Origin: Myxococcota bacterium
Lineage (GTDB): Bacteria; Myxococcota_A; UBA796; CAJQPC01
Reading direction: 5' to 3'
DNA: 64,000 nt
Assembly (NCBI GenBank): GCA_036229005.1
Contig: JAZAMN010000052.1
Location: 320,001 to 384,000 of the forward strand
A model generated the notes under the pieces. That model was not told the DNA's origin, searched no databases, and saw nothing but the letters and a program-made list of their open reading frames with translations. Positions 32,557-42,216 of the stretch are shown one piece after another; within the stretch, counting starts at the first letter, position 1, and each line of letters opens with the position of its first letter. Made by a program: the position numbers and the translations under genes.

Positions 32557-34296
32557 TCAGTCGTAGCCGAAGGCCTCTGCGGCGCTCGCGAGCTCAAGCT
32601 CGGGCTGCTGCTCCTTGAGGCAGAGGAAGGGCCCCAGCGCCATCGCGTCCATGTTCGTGCGCATGAAGCAGAGGTAGGCGTCCTCCGGCGTGTTGACGAT
32701 GGGTTCACCGCGCACGTTGAGGGAGGTGTTGATCACGATGGGGCAACCCGTGCGCTCGTGGAAGGCCTTGATGAGCGCGTAGTAGAGCGGGTCCTGCTCC
32801 GGGTTGATGGTCTGGATGCGCGCGCTGCCGTCCACGTGGGTGATGGCGTGGAGCTGGTCGCGGTACTGCTCGCGGACGGGGGCGACCAGGAGCATGTAGG
32901 GCGAGGGGCGGTCGATCTCGAAGTACTCCGAGACGTGCTCCTCAAGGCAGCTCGGCGCGAAGGGGCGGAAGCCCTCACGGAACTTGATGCGCATGTTGAT
33001 GATGCTGCGCATCTCGGGGTGGCGGGCGTCCCCCAGGATGCTGCGGTGCCCCAGGGCGCGGGGGCCCCACTCCAGGCGGTCCTGGTACCAGCCCACCACG
33101 TGGGCCGTGTCGATGAGCTCGGCGACCTCGGAGAGCAGCTCGGGCTCGTCCAGGCGCCTGTACACGGCCCCGTAGCGGTCCAGGGTGCTGCGGATGTCCT
33201 CGTCTGAGTATCCAGGCCCCAGGTATGGGGTGGGCAAGCGGGGGCCCTGGGGGTTCTCCAAGAGCTGATTCCAGGCCACCAGAGCCGCTCCCATCGCCCC
33301 CCCTGCGTCTCCTGCAGCGGGCTGGATGTAGATGTCGTCGGGCTTGGCCTCGCGCAGGATGTGCCCGTTGGCGACGCAGTTGAGGGCCACGCCCCCGGCC
33401 ATGCACAGGTTGCGGGAGTCCGCGCGCTCCATCGCGGAGCGGGCCAGCTTGACCATGACCTCGTTGAAGAGCTCCTGGATCGACCGCGCGCAGTCCTTGT
33501 AGTGCTGGGTCATCTCGCCGTCGCCCAGGGGCCGCTTGGGCGCGCCCATGAGTTGCTCGTAGGCGGGGGTGAACATGGCCTCGCCGCGCTCGAACGCGAA
33601 GTACTCCATGTTCAGCCGGAAGGAGCCGTCCTCCTTGATGTCGACGAGCTGGCGGACCTCGTCCATCTTGGTGGGCTCGCCGTAGGGCGCCAGGCCCATG
33701 AGCTTGTACTCGGCGGAGTTGACCTTGAAGCCGCAGTAGAAGGTCATGGCCGAGTAGAGCAGCCCCAGGGAGTGGGGGAAGCGGATCTCGTCCAGCAGGG
33801 TCAGCTCGCGGCCCACCCCGACCCCGCGGCTGCAGGTGCTCCACTCTCCGACGCCGTCCACAGTGAGGACCGCCGCCCGCTCGAAACCCGAGGTGTAGTA
33901 GGCGCTCGCGGCGTGGCTGAGGTGGTGCTCGGAGTAGAGGATCGGGCCCTCGAAGCCGACCTCCTCCTTGAGCATCTTGCGCAGGCGCAGGCGCGTCCCC
34001 ATCCAGCGCGGCATCGAGTCCACGAAGCCCTTGAAGGTGGTGGGGAAGTGCTCGAGCTGGTACCGCAGCAGCCGGTCGAACTTGACCAAGGGCTTGTCGT
34101 AGAACGCGACCGCCTCGATCTGCTCTGGGCGGATGCCGCCCTGCTTGAGGGCCCAGCGGATGGCCTGCACGGGGAAGTCGCTGTCGTGCTTCTTCCGGGA
34201 GAAGGCCTGCTCGGAGGCGGCGGCGATGGGGACGCCGTCCCGCAGCAAGCAGGCAGCGGCGTCGTGGTAGAAGCAGGACAGGCCGAGGATGTACAT
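32557..34296 (-). CDS. Carbamoyltransferase, NodU/CmcH family
   Basis: MYILGLSCFYHDAAA, EHHLSHAASA, TVDGVGE, EYKLMGLAPYG, GGVALNC, GPRALGHRSIL, KFREGFRPFAP, NTSLN. Confidence 0.93.
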   Translation of the reverse strand: MYILGLSCFYHDAAACLLRDGVPIAAASEQAFSRKKHDSDFPVQAIRWALKQGGIRPEQIEAVAFYDKPLVKFDRLLRYQLEHFPTTFKGFVDSMPRWMGTRLRLRKMLKEEVGFEGPILYSEHHLSHAASAYYTSGFERAAVLTVDGVGEWSTCSRGVGVGRELTLLDEIRFPHSLGLLYSAMTFYCGFKVNSAEYKLMGLAPYGEPTKMDEVRQLVDIKEDGSFRLNMEYFAFERGEAMFTPAYEQLMGAPKRPLGDGEMTQHYKDCARSIQELFNEVMVKLARSAMERADSRNLCMAGGVALNCVANGHILREAKPDDIYIQPAAGDAGGAMGAALVAWNQLLENPQGPRLPTPYLGPGYSDEDIRSTLDRYGAVYRRLDEPELLSEVAELIDTAHVVGWYQDRLEWGPRALGHRSILGDARHPEMRSIINMRIKFREGFRPFAPSCLEEHVSEYFEIDRPSPYMLLVAPVREQYRDQLHAITHVDGSARIQTINPEQDPLYYALIKAFHERTGCPIVINTSLNVRGEPIVNTPEDAYLCFMRTNMDAMALGPFLCLKEQQPELELASAAEAFGYD

Positions 34297-34359
34297 CGGC
34301 TGCAGTCTATCCACTCGGAGGCCATCCTGAGCGCTCGGGGATCGAGACTTCGGCATCAG

Positions 34360-35274
34360 GTGCTGGACGCGGACCGGCTCCAGGCCGGCGATGCGCAGGT
34401 CAGCGCGCTGCAGTGGCGGCGGCGTCTGGAGCAGGGCGGCGTGATGGGCCTGGGAGAGCTCCCGCCGGACCACCCCGTCGCGCCGGTTCTGGCGGCCTAC
34501 GCCGAGCTGGAGGCCGTGGACCGGGGCGCGCGGACGAGCTGGAGGATGCCGTTGATGGTGGGCGGTGCGTGGTTTCTGCTCTCCGCGGCGCTGGTGGCCA
34601 TCAACCCGGTCATTGCGGGTGTGGGGAGCTCGCTGCTGGGCGTGGCGGCCTTCTTCGTGGTCAGCCGCCTGGCCAACCGCAAGGGGGGCAGCCGCAAGCA
34701 GCAGGAGGCGGCGCAGGCGCTGGGCGAGGCGGTCGATCGCATGCTGGCGCACTCCTTCGTGGAGGCCACCGACAGCGTGGTCGTGGAGCACTCCGCCGAC
34801 CTGCACTACCTGGAGACGCGGATCCGGGACGCGCGCGGGGGCCTCCGGGCGCTCCGGGGCAAGCGGGGGGAGCTCAGCGCCCTGGCGGGGCAGCTCAAGG
34901 ACGCCAACGACAAGGCGGGGCTGGAGGGGCCGGACTCCGACCTGCAGGCCATCGGCCGGGAGCTCTCGGAGATCCAGGCGCGGAGCGAGACCTTGCGGGC
35001 GCTGCTGGAGGAGCTGGAGCAGGCGAAGGAGGGCTTGGAGGCCCGCATGGCTGCGCGGCGCACCCTCGCGCTCCGGCATGGCCTGGGACAGCGCGTCGAT
35101 CGGCTCACCAGCGAGGACACCGGTGCGCAGACCGCCGCTTCGCTGGAGGTCGACATGCTGGAGCTGGATGCCCGCCTGGAGGCGGCCGACGTGGCGCTGC
35201 GGGACGACGACGCGCGGGTGCGCGCCGCCCGGGAGATCAGGGCGCTCGAAGCCGGGGCGGCAGGCCGGCGATGA
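34360..35274 (+). CDS. Hypothetical membrane protein with C-terminal coiled coil
   Basis: Two hydrophobic helices then heptad-rich region; start uncertain (GTG 34360 or ATG 34444). Confidence 0.6.
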   Translation: MLDADRLQAGDAQVSALQWRRRLEQGGVMGLGELPPDHPVAPVLAAYAELEAVDRGARTSWRMPLMVGGAWFLLSAALVAINPVIAGVGSSLLGVAAFFVVSRLANRKGGSRKQQEAAQALGEAVDRMLAHSFVEATDSVVVEHSADLHYLETRIRDARGGLRALRGKRGELSALAGQLKDANDKAGLEGPDSDLQAIGRELSEIQARSETLRALLEELEQAKEGLEARMAARRTLALRHGLGQRVDRLTSEDTGAQTAASLEVDMLELDARLEAADVALRDDDARVRAAREIRALEAGAAGRR

Positions 35275-35896
35275 AGTCCAGCCAGCCCTGGGCCCGCGTG
35301 TGGCCGGGGCTGCCGGGGGGCGCCTGCCTGGACACCCGCTCCCAGTGGGTCCTGTGCCACTCCACGAGCTGCGGCAGCAAGGGGTGCTCCTGCTCCAGCA
35401 GGCGGGGGCCGAGCCAGAGGGCGTGGCCCTCGGCGGGCTCGGGGCCACGCTCGATGCGCAGGATCTCGGCCAGGCGGTCGTTCTCGGGGGCGAGGGTCTC
35501 CTCCACGATGCGCCAGCCCAGGTCCTTGAGGCCCTGGCGCAGGGTGTCGCAGCGGTCCGGGCTGTGGACCACGGCGGTGGTGGGCTGCGGGCCGCGCTCC
35601 AGGATGCCCAGGATGCTGTGGGGGCCCATGCCGGCGATCACGCAGGCGTCCACGCGGGCCAGGGGCGCGATGCCGTCGGCCACGACCAGGTTCAGGCCGG
35701 CGCCGTAGCGGGGCAGGCGGTGGGGCATGCGCTCCGAGCCGATGACCAGCGCGCTGGTGCGCTGCGCGATGGCGCGGGTGAGCTGCCCGTGGTCGCAGCC
35801 GACGTCCACCACCACGCCGCTCTGGGCGTGGGGCATCAGCAGCTCCAGGATGGCGTTCAGGCGGGGGGCGCCCTTGCCGTGGATGGGGTCCTTCAT
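35237..35896 (-). CDS. trmK: tRNA m1A22 methyltransferase TrmK family
   Basis: RL..I; DVGCDHG; ADGI; IAGMG...I..IL; LR..L...GW.I..E. Confidence 0.8.
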   Translation of the reverse strand: MKDPIHGKGAPRLNAILELLMPHAQSGVVVDVGCDHGQLTRAIAQRTSALVIGSERMPHRLPRYGAGLNLVVADGIAPLARVDACVIAGMGPHSILGILERGPQPTTAVVHSPDRCDTLRQGLKDLGWRIVEETLAPENDRLAEILRIERGPEPAEGHALWLGPRLLEQEHPLLPQLVEWHRTHWERVSRQAPPGSPGHTRAQGWLDFIAGLPPRLRAP

Positions 35897-36678
35897 GGGG
35901 TCTCCCTGCGCGCCGCGGAGGCGGCCTGGGCCTGGGCTTGGAGGCGGGTGGTGTCCGGCGCGGGGGCGGTCTGCGCCAGGGTGTCCTCGACGGTGGAGAG
36001 ATCGGCGAGGAGCTGCTGGTCATCCTGGAGGTCAGCGGTGGAGGCGGCCTGCTGGAGGGCCTCCCACAGCCCCCAGACCGAGGCCTGGAGATCCGCTTGG
36101 GCCGCCACGGGGAGATCGCCTTGGTCCAGGCGCAACTGCAGGCGCTGGAGTCGCACGAGCGCGGGGGAGAGGGGCTGCTGGGTGAGGCTGAGGCGCAGGG
36201 CCTCGCGGCGCTTGGAGCGGAGGGCGAGCAGAGCGAAGGTGCGCTTGGCGGCCCAGGCCATGCCGATCAAGGTGAGTGCGACGGCGCCGACCAGGGCGAG
36301 GGCCCCGACCATGGGCGTGAGGATTGCCAGCAGCGCCCCGGTGGCCGGCAGGATGAGGCCGGGGGTGGCCGCGACGGCGATGTCGTAGAGGGGGGAGGCG
36401 TCCAGCTCCTGGATCTCCTGACCGGGGGCGGGGGCGAGCTCGGTCTGGCTGCGCTGCACGGGGACGGGGAGTCCAGCGGCGCGGAGGTGGTCGAGGGTCT
36501 GGGGAGAGAGCCCGCAGCGCACCTTGGCGGCCTTGTCCAGGCTCTCCACGCTCGGCGCCCACGCCACCCAGCGAGGGAGCGCGGCGCTGCTGGAGGTCTT
36601 GGGCGCTCCGGGCTGAGGGCCGCGGGGTCGCGGTGGCTCTCTGGGGACCGAGGGCTCTTGCAGGGGCAGCTTGGACAT
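35893..36678 (-). CDS. Hypothetical membrane protein
   Basis: Two TM-like segments; ATGA overlap with trmK. Confidence 0.6.
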   Translation of the reverse strand: MSKLPLQEPSVPREPPRPRGPQPGAPKTSSSAALPRWVAWAPSVESLDKAAKVRCGLSPQTLDHLRAAGLPVPVQRSQTELAPAPGQEIQELDASPLYDIAVAATPGLILPATGALLAILTPMVGALALVGAVALTLIGMAWAAKRTFALLALRSKRREALRLSLTQQPLSPALVRLQRLQLRLDQGDLPVAAQADLQASVWGLWEALQQAASTADLQDDQQLLADLSTVEDTLAQTAPAPDTTRLQAQAQAASAARRETP

Positions 36679-36743
36679 GGGCGGCCCCTTATCCAGGCGT
36701 TCGGGCCCGCGGGGGACTCACGCGCAAGGGACTCAGCGGGGAC

Positions 36744-37550
36744 TCAGAGGTGGTCGTCCAGCCAGGCGCCGACCTTGGCCTGGTAGAGCTCCGGCTGGTC
36801 GGTGTGGGTCCAGCCGTGGGTGCCCTGGGGGACCATCCAGAGGTCCTTGTCCTCGACCGTGGCTGCGTCGTAGAGGCGGTAGGCGCACTCGGGGTTGATG
36901 TAGTCGTCCTCGGCGCCGTGGGTGATGAAGTAGGGGACCTCCAGGGCGGCGGCGGCCTCCAGGTTGTCGAACCCGCTGTCGAAGAGCCAGCCGGCGGGCA
37001 CGTCCAGGCCGGTGTTGTCCCCCAGCATGTCCTGGGCGCTGGCGAAGAGGTCGTGGGTGACCACCGTGGCGGGGGGCCGCTCGGAGGCGACGTGCAGGCC
37101 CACGAAGCCCCCCAGGCTCAGGCCCACGTAGCCGAGCTCGCTGCTGTCCTTTCCGCTGCGCTCGGTGGCGTAGTCGACCGCGGCGATGCCGTCCTGGATC
37201 AGGCCGTCGTGGCTGGGGCTGCCCTCGCTGCGGCCGTAGCCCCGGTAGTCCACCGTGAAGATGTTCACGTCCAGCCCATACAGCGCCTCCACCTGGCTCA
37301 TGTTCGTGTCCAGGTTGCCGGAGTTGCCGTGGAAGTAGACGACCACCGGGTCCCGCGCGGGCCGCTCCGAGGCGATCCAGAGTCCGTAGAGCTGGGTGCC
37401 GTCGCCGCTCTCGAAGGCGACCTCCTCCAGCGCGTCCGGTGGGATGACGTCGCTCGGGAAGCCGTATTGGCTGGTCTCGGTGGGGTTGAAGAAGAAGGGG
37501 TCCAGGGTCATGCAGCCCAAGAGGCTCCCCAGCAGGTTCAGGGCGATCAC
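36744..37550 (-). CDS. Alpha/beta hydrolase lipoprotein (ABHD13/17-like)
   Basis: LLGC lipobox; YFHGNSGN, DYRGYGRSEG, GLSLGG, HGAEDD, GTH; GTGA overlap with upstream gene. Confidence 0.88.
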   Translation of the reverse strand: MIALNLLGSLLGCMTLDPFFFNPTETSQYGFPSDVIPPDALEEVAFESGDGTQLYGLWIASERPARDPVVVYFHGNSGNLDTNMSQVEALYGLDVNIFTVDYRGYGRSEGSPSHDGLIQDGIAAVDYATERSGKDSSELGYVGLSLGGFVGLHVASERPPATVVTHDLFASAQDMLGDNTGLDVPAGWLFDSGFDNLEAAAALEVPYFITHGAEDDYINPECAYRLYDAATVEDKDLWMVPQGTHGWTHTDQPELYQAKVGAWLDDHL

Positions 37551-38197
37551 TGGCCACCTCCCAAGGCGACGTTCAGGCCGATCTGAGGCACCAAGACGCC
37601 GTTGCGGCCCGGCCCGTACCAGTGGGCGGTCAGGTCCTCGGTGGGGTGGCTGCCGCCCATCCACTTGAGCTCCGTGACCAGACCCACGCGCTCACCCAGG
37701 CGGAGCTGGTGTCCGACCAGGGGGCCGCCCAGCACGCCCCAGGGGTAGGGCTGCACGAACACATCCGCGCCGCCGTAGACCAGGTTGCCCCGCTCACCGT
37801 AGGTCCAGCTCCCCAGCGCGGCGACGTTGGTGAAGAGCCGGAAGCCGCCCTCGGGGCCCTCGGGGTTGGTGTCCCCCCACACGGCGGTCGCGGTCCCGTC
37901 CACGAGCAGCGCCGGGCGCAGACCCTGTTGCTCGAAGATCAGGTAGGAGGCCCCCGCGTCCACGCCCCACACGCCGAACATTCCGGCCAGCGAGGGGTGG
38001 AAGGCGGCGTGCACGTCGCTGCGATCGCTGACCCCGTAGCGCACCCCTACAGTGGACAAGGGGAGGGGAACGGGGGCATCAAAGGCCCGGACCACCGGCC
38101 CGCCAGCGCTGGCGTCGACGGCGACCTTGCCCTTGCCCAGAGGGCGCACTCCGTGGTTCACAGAGCAGGCGCTGAGAAGGAAGATCCATGCAGTCAT
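37547..38197 (-). CDS. Hypothetical lipoprotein (beta-strand rich)
   Basis: MTAWIFLLSAC; alternating amphipathic strands. Confidence 0.7.
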   Translation of the reverse strand: MTAWIFLLSACSVNHGVRPLGKGKVAVDASAGGPVVRAFDAPVPLPLSTVGVRYGVSDRSDVHAAFHPSLAGMFGVWGVDAGASYLIFEQQGLRPALLVDGTATAVWGDTNPEGPEGGFRLFTNVAALGSWTYGERGNLVYGGADVFVQPYPWGVLGGPLVGHQLRLGERVGLVTELKWMGGSHPTEDLTAHWYGPGRNGVLVPQIGLNVALGGGQ

Positions 38198-38781
38198 GGA
38201 GCAGAGCTACCACGACCCGACTGCGAATTGTCACCTTCTTGGTGCGCGCCTTGGCGTGGACCTGGCGGGTGGAGCGGGTGGGCCAAGAGCTGCTGGACCA
38301 GAGGCCCGCCGTGCTGGCCTTCCTGCACCGCGATCTGGTGCCTGCCATCGCCCTGAACGCCGACCCGTCCACCCACGCTGTGGTCAGCGCGAGCCGGGAC
38401 GGGGAGTGGGCCGCGCGGATCCTGGCGCGCCTGGGCTACGGGGCCAACCTCCGGGGCTCCTCCTCCCGCCGCGCCCTCTCTGCACTCTTTGGCATGCGCG
38501 AGGTGCTGCGATCCGGTGAGCGCGTGGCGATCGCCATCGACGGCCCCCGAGGTCCAGCCGGTGTGCCCAAGCCCGGCGCCGCCTGGGCCGCCCGCTTCGC
38601 GCCGCTGGTCGGGGTCCGCTTCGAGGCCCGCCGCTACGTGGAGCTGGGCTCCTGGGACCGCACGCGCATCCCGTGGCCCTTCACCCGCGTCCGCATCGTG
38701 GCCGGGCGCATCGACGCCCAGGACCGGCCCACCCTGGAGCGGGATCTGGTGGCGCACCTGTGCCCCGAGGGGCCGCCTTGA
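38188..38781 (+). CDS. DUF374 / lysophospholipid acyltransferase-family protein
   Basis: VSASRDGE, RGSSSR, DGPRGP, SWDR..IPWPF; start uncertain. Confidence 0.85.
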   Translation: MQSWSRATTTRLRIVTFLVRALAWTWRVERVGQELLDQRPAVLAFLHRDLVPAIALNADPSTHAVVSASRDGEWAARILARLGYGANLRGSSSRRALSALFGMREVLRSGERVAIAIDGPRGPAGVPKPGAAWAARFAPLVGVRFEARRYVELGSWDRTRIPWPFTRVRIVAGRIDAQDRPTLERDLVAHLCPEGPP

Positions 38782-38801
38782 GCGCGTGGTAGCGTCCGCG
38801 A

Positions 38802-39590
38802 ATGGCAAAAGCACCCTGGTGGACAACCCGCTTCTCGGCCCTCGCGGCCGTGGACCCCGCATTCGCCGGCCTGGTGGACGCCAACGCCGAAGCGCAGGTG
38901 GATCTCATCGAGCGCCTGGCCCGACTGGACGCGGGCGCCCGCATCCTGGACCTGGGCTGTGGCGCTGGACGTCACGCGATCCTGCTCGCGGAGCGGGGCC
39001 ACTCCGTGGTCGGCGTGGACCTCTCCGAAGAGGTGCTCTCCCTTGCCCGCGGCGCCTGGGAGGCCCGGAACCCCGGCCACAGCGGCCCGGAGTTCGTGGT
39101 CGGTGACATGCGCGCGCCGCCGGTGGAGGGGAGCTTCTCCGCGGTCGTGATGATGGACGCCAGCCTGGGCGTGTTCGATGACGACGCCGAGCACCTGCGC
39201 GTGCTGACCGCGGCCGCTGACCGGCTGCAGTCCGGCGGCGTGTTGATCCTGGAGCTGCTGAACCCCTACTTCTGGGCGCATCGAAACATCACCCAGCACT
39301 TCCCCCCGGGCAGCATCGCGGCGAACGCGGACATTCTGCGTACTTACCGCTTCGACCCCCTGGCTGGGCGCGTACTGGACCGCATCACCCTCTTCCAGGA
39401 CGGGCAGCGCCGCGCCCTCCCCACCCAGTCGCTGCGCTGCTGGACCCCGCCCGAGATCGCGGGGCTGTCCAAGGCCGCGGGCTTCTCCCGCGTCGAGGTG
39501 TTCGGCTCTCAGGGCTGGCAGGTCCCCACCGGGCCCGGCCGCCTGGACCCCCAGAAGTCCGCGACCCTCTGGGTCGTCGCGCACCTCTGA
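38802..39590 (+). CDS. Class I SAM-dependent methyltransferase
   Basis: ILDLGCGAGRHA, GVDLS, GDMR. Confidence 0.88.
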   Translation: MAKAPWWTTRFSALAAVDPAFAGLVDANAEAQVDLIERLARLDAGARILDLGCGAGRHAILLAERGHSVVGVDLSEEVLSLARGAWEARNPGHSGPEFVVGDMRAPPVEGSFSAVVMMDASLGVFDDDAEHLRVLTAAADRLQSGGVLILELLNPYFWAHRNITQHFPPGSIAANADILRTYRFDPLAGRVLDRITLFQDGQRRALPTQSLRCWTPPEIAGLSKAAGFSRVEVFGSQGWQVPTGPGRLDPQKSATLWVVAHL

Positions 39591-39605
39591 GCGGGGAGGT
39601 CCACC

Positions 39606-39989
39606 ATGGACGAGCTGCTCGACATCCTCCGGCAGGAGAGGGACGCCGCCCTGGAGGAGGCCGACTTCGAGCGCTCTCGCGCTGAGCAGGCCCTGCTGCG
39701 CAACCGCTCTCTGCGGGAGGAGGTCGGCGCCCTACGGCGGGAGCTCCGCCGCATCCACGGTGACCAGGAGCTCCAGGCGGCGGGCGCCCAGGCCACGGAG
39801 CTCCAGCTCTCCGAGCAGCTCAAGCTGGCAACGGACACCAACTGGCGCCTGGAGCGCGACCGCCAACACCTGGCGCGCAAGGCCCACCAGCTCGAGAGCC
39901 GCGTCCAGGACCAGGCCGCCGAGCTGTCCAGGCTGAGGGCGCGGGTGAGGGCGCTGCAGGGGCAGCTTCGCCTGGCCCAGGAGGACTGA
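39606..39989 (+). CDS. Small coiled-coil protein
   Basis: GGAGG RBS; heptad E/R/L pattern throughout. Confidence 0.7.
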   Translation: MDELLDILRQERDAALEEADFERSRAEQALLRNRSLREEVGALRRELRRIHGDQELQAAGAQATELQLSEQLKLATDTNWRLERDRQHLARKAHQLESRVQDQAAELSRLRARVRALQGQLRLAQED

Positions 39990-40012
39990 GCGGCTGGCCC
40001 CCCGGGGGGAGG

Positions 40013-40195
40013 CTACTTCTTGCTCTTGCTGTCCCGAGGGCGCTCGAGCTTGGCCTTGAGCACCTCGACGTTCTCGTTGGGCGGCAGGTTGCGCTCGAAG
40101 GGCTTGATCTCGTCGGGTGCCGCCGCGCTGGACTCGCCGGAGAAGCGGTCCACGATGCCCTTGACCTTGTTCTTGAGCCGGTCACGAATGCCCAT
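40013..40195 (-). CDS. Small hypothetical protein (60 aa)
   Basis: GGAGG RBS; MGIRDRLKNKVKGIVDRFSG; GC3-rich codon usage like neighbours. Confidence 0.6.
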   Translation of the reverse strand: MGIRDRLKNKVKGIVDRFSGESSAAAPDEIKPFERNLPPNENVEVLKAKLERPRDSKSKK

Positions 40196-40356
40196 GCATC
40201 CTCCAGAGGCCGCAGGGTAGCGCCCCAACGCGCCAGGAGCAACGCCGCGCGCACCCCCGGGATGCCCCGCATCTCCAGACAGCCCCGCCTGCCCCGTGGT
40301 AGAACGCGGCCACCTGGCCTCAGAAACGGGACGCCCGCCACTGGAGGAGACCCCCC

Positions 40357-40899
40357 ATGAGCAACTCGCTCACCCTGGAAGGCATCATCAGCTTCCTGCT
40401 GGACACCCCAATGTTCGGCGACCTGAACCCCGACGAGCTCGCTGAGATCGTCCACATCATGCAGCTCCAGCGCATGCGCGACGGTCAGCGCATCTTCCGC
40501 GAGGGCGAGGCCGGCGACGCCTGGTACGTCGTCCACGAGGGCCACGTCGCCGTCACCAAGGAGCGCCTGTTGGGCCCCTCCGAGGAGCTCGCCCGCCTGG
40601 GCCCCAAGGTCTGCTTTGGCGAGATGGCCCTGATCGACGGCAGCCCCCGCAGCGCCTCTGTGACCGCGGTGGGCGAGGGGACCCTGTTCCGCTTCCCCAA
40701 GGCCGACTTCGACGAGCTGCTCGGCGAGGGCAACGTGGCCGCCTACAAGCTGATCCACGAGATGGCCAAGGTGCTCTGCGAGCGCCAGCGCGGCCTGACC
40801 TCGCAGCTCACCTCCATGGTGTCCAACGACACCCACACCGCCGAGAGCATGCGCGAAGAGCTGCGTCCGGTGGTCGAAGAGCACAGCGTCCACGAGTAG
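40357..40899 (+). CDS. Stand-alone cyclic-nucleotide-binding domain protein
   Basis: IFREGEAGD.WYVV..G, FGEMALIDGSPRSASV; no HTH. Confidence 0.92.
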   Translation: MSNSLTLEGIISFLLDTPMFGDLNPDELAEIVHIMQLQRMRDGQRIFREGEAGDAWYVVHEGHVAVTKERLLGPSEELARLGPKVCFGEMALIDGSPRSASVTAVGEGTLFRFPKADFDELLGEGNVAAYKLIHEMAKVLCERQRGLTSQLTSMVSNDTHTAESMREELRPVVEEHSVHE

Positions 40900-40956
40900 G
40901 TCGCGCCCGCGGGTGAATGAACGCTGAATCCGCGGGGTCCATCACGCGGAGGCCCC

Positions 40957-41550
40957 ATGATCCCCTGGCTGCTGCTGCCCCTGCTCCTGCCCGCGCCGGA
41001 GCGCACCTACCTGGCCAGCGTCGAGACGCGCTCGGTGCACCAGCTCTACGGTGAGTACGCCCGCGGTCAGGGCCTGGAGGGGGCCGACGCCCGCTTGTCC
41101 TGCAAGCTGCTGGCGGACCCGCTCACCCTCTGCCTCAAGGTCGAGGAGGAGGGCAAGCGCCGCTACGTCAGCCAGGGGGATCTGCAACGCTGGGAGCTCA
41201 CGGATGTCCGCGCCCGTGAGCTGGCCGCTGGCGCCGTCGAGGACAACCCGTGGCAGCAGGTGCCCATCGACGGCGGCGGCCACTACCACCAGGTCAAGGC
41301 CGACCCCAACCGGGCGTCCGCAGCCCTGCTGCACCCCGAGTGGCTCAGTACCCTGGGGCCCAACCCCGTCGTGGCGGTGCCTGCGCGCGGCGTCGTCGTG
41401 GGGTGGTCCGCAGGAGACCCGGAGCTTGACAAGATCATGGCCGTGGCCGTGCGCCGCATGTACGACGAGCTGCCCGAGCCCCTCTCTCCAGTCGCCCTGA
41501 GCTGGACGGACAAGGGCTGGCGCACCTGGGGACAGGCCAAGGCGCGGTAG
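40957..41550 (+). CDS. Exported hypothetical protein, DUF1444-like
   Basis: Hydrophobic N-terminus; ASAALL...VVAVP.RG motif; GGAGG RBS. Confidence 0.55.
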   Translation: MIPWLLLPLLLPAPERTYLASVETRSVHQLYGEYARGQGLEGADARLSCKLLADPLTLCLKVEEEGKRRYVSQGDLQRWELTDVRARELAAGAVEDNPWQQVPIDGGGHYHQVKADPNRASAALLHPEWLSTLGPNPVVAVPARGVVVGWSAGDPELDKIMAVAVRRMYDELPEPLSPVALSWTDKGWRTWGQAKAR

Positions 41551-41577
41551 ACTGCGCTCCCCAAGGAGTGGACCCCC

Positions 41578-42216
41578 ATGAGCCTGGCCCAGGCCGTCAT
41601 CCGCGGCGTGCTCGGACGCGTCGCCCAGCGCGTCGCCCAAAACCACCTCTTCGAGCAGCCCGGCGAGCGGGAGCCCACGCCGCCGCTGCGCGAGCCGAAG
41701 GACGCGGAGCCGGGGCGGGGCTTCTCGACCAAGCTGGGCGGCGAGAGCCTGTCCTCGCCGATGGACGTGAGCGCAAAGGCGCTCTGTCAGCCCATGGGTC
41801 TGAGGGGTGTGCTCGAGCGGATCGCAGACCATGATGGCCCCCTCGTCCTCCACCACTGGGCCACCTGGTGCGCCCCCTGCGAGGAGGAGCTGCCGCTGAT
41901 CCAAGAGCTCGCCGCGTCGCTGCCCGAAGAGGCCGAGGTGTTGGGCCTGAGCTGGGATGCCTTCGAGGGGGGAGGGGACCCCGCCCAGGACGCCGAGCGC
42001 GTGGGCCAATACGCCAAGAAGATGGGGCTGGATTTCCCGACGCTGCTGCTGACCGACGCCCCCGAGAAGGTGTTCAAGGCCCTGGAGCTGGGCTTTCAGC
42101 AGATCCCGCAGACCCGCGTCCTGGACGGCTCTGGGGCGACTCTGCTGCAGTTCGATGGCCCCCTGAGCGCGCAGGATATCGAGCGCGTCCGGTCCACGAT
42201 CCAGGAGGCCCTGTGA
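41578..42216 (+). CDS. TlpA-family thioredoxin-like protein
   Basis: HWATWCAPCEEELP; cis-Pro loop IPQT. Confidence 0.88.
   Translation: MSLAQAVIRGVLGRVAQRVAQNHLFEQPGEREPTPPLREPKDAEPGRGFSTKLGGESLSSPMDVSAKALCQPMGLRGVLERIADHDGPLVLHHWATWCAPCEEELPLIQELAASLPEEAEVLGLSWDAFEGGGDPAQDAERVGQYAKKMGLDFPTLLLTDAPEKVFKALELGFQQIPQTRVLDGSGATLLQFDGPLSAQDIERVRSTIQEAL

Noticed and set aside
19743..35448. Long N-terminal extensions in the ORF track (19743-22343, 22887-25355, 23103-26057, 32557-35448, 33361-35274) suggesting fusions or overlapping genes
   Set aside because: Extensions are antisense to real genes; recognisable proteins start at internal codons, several with an RBS
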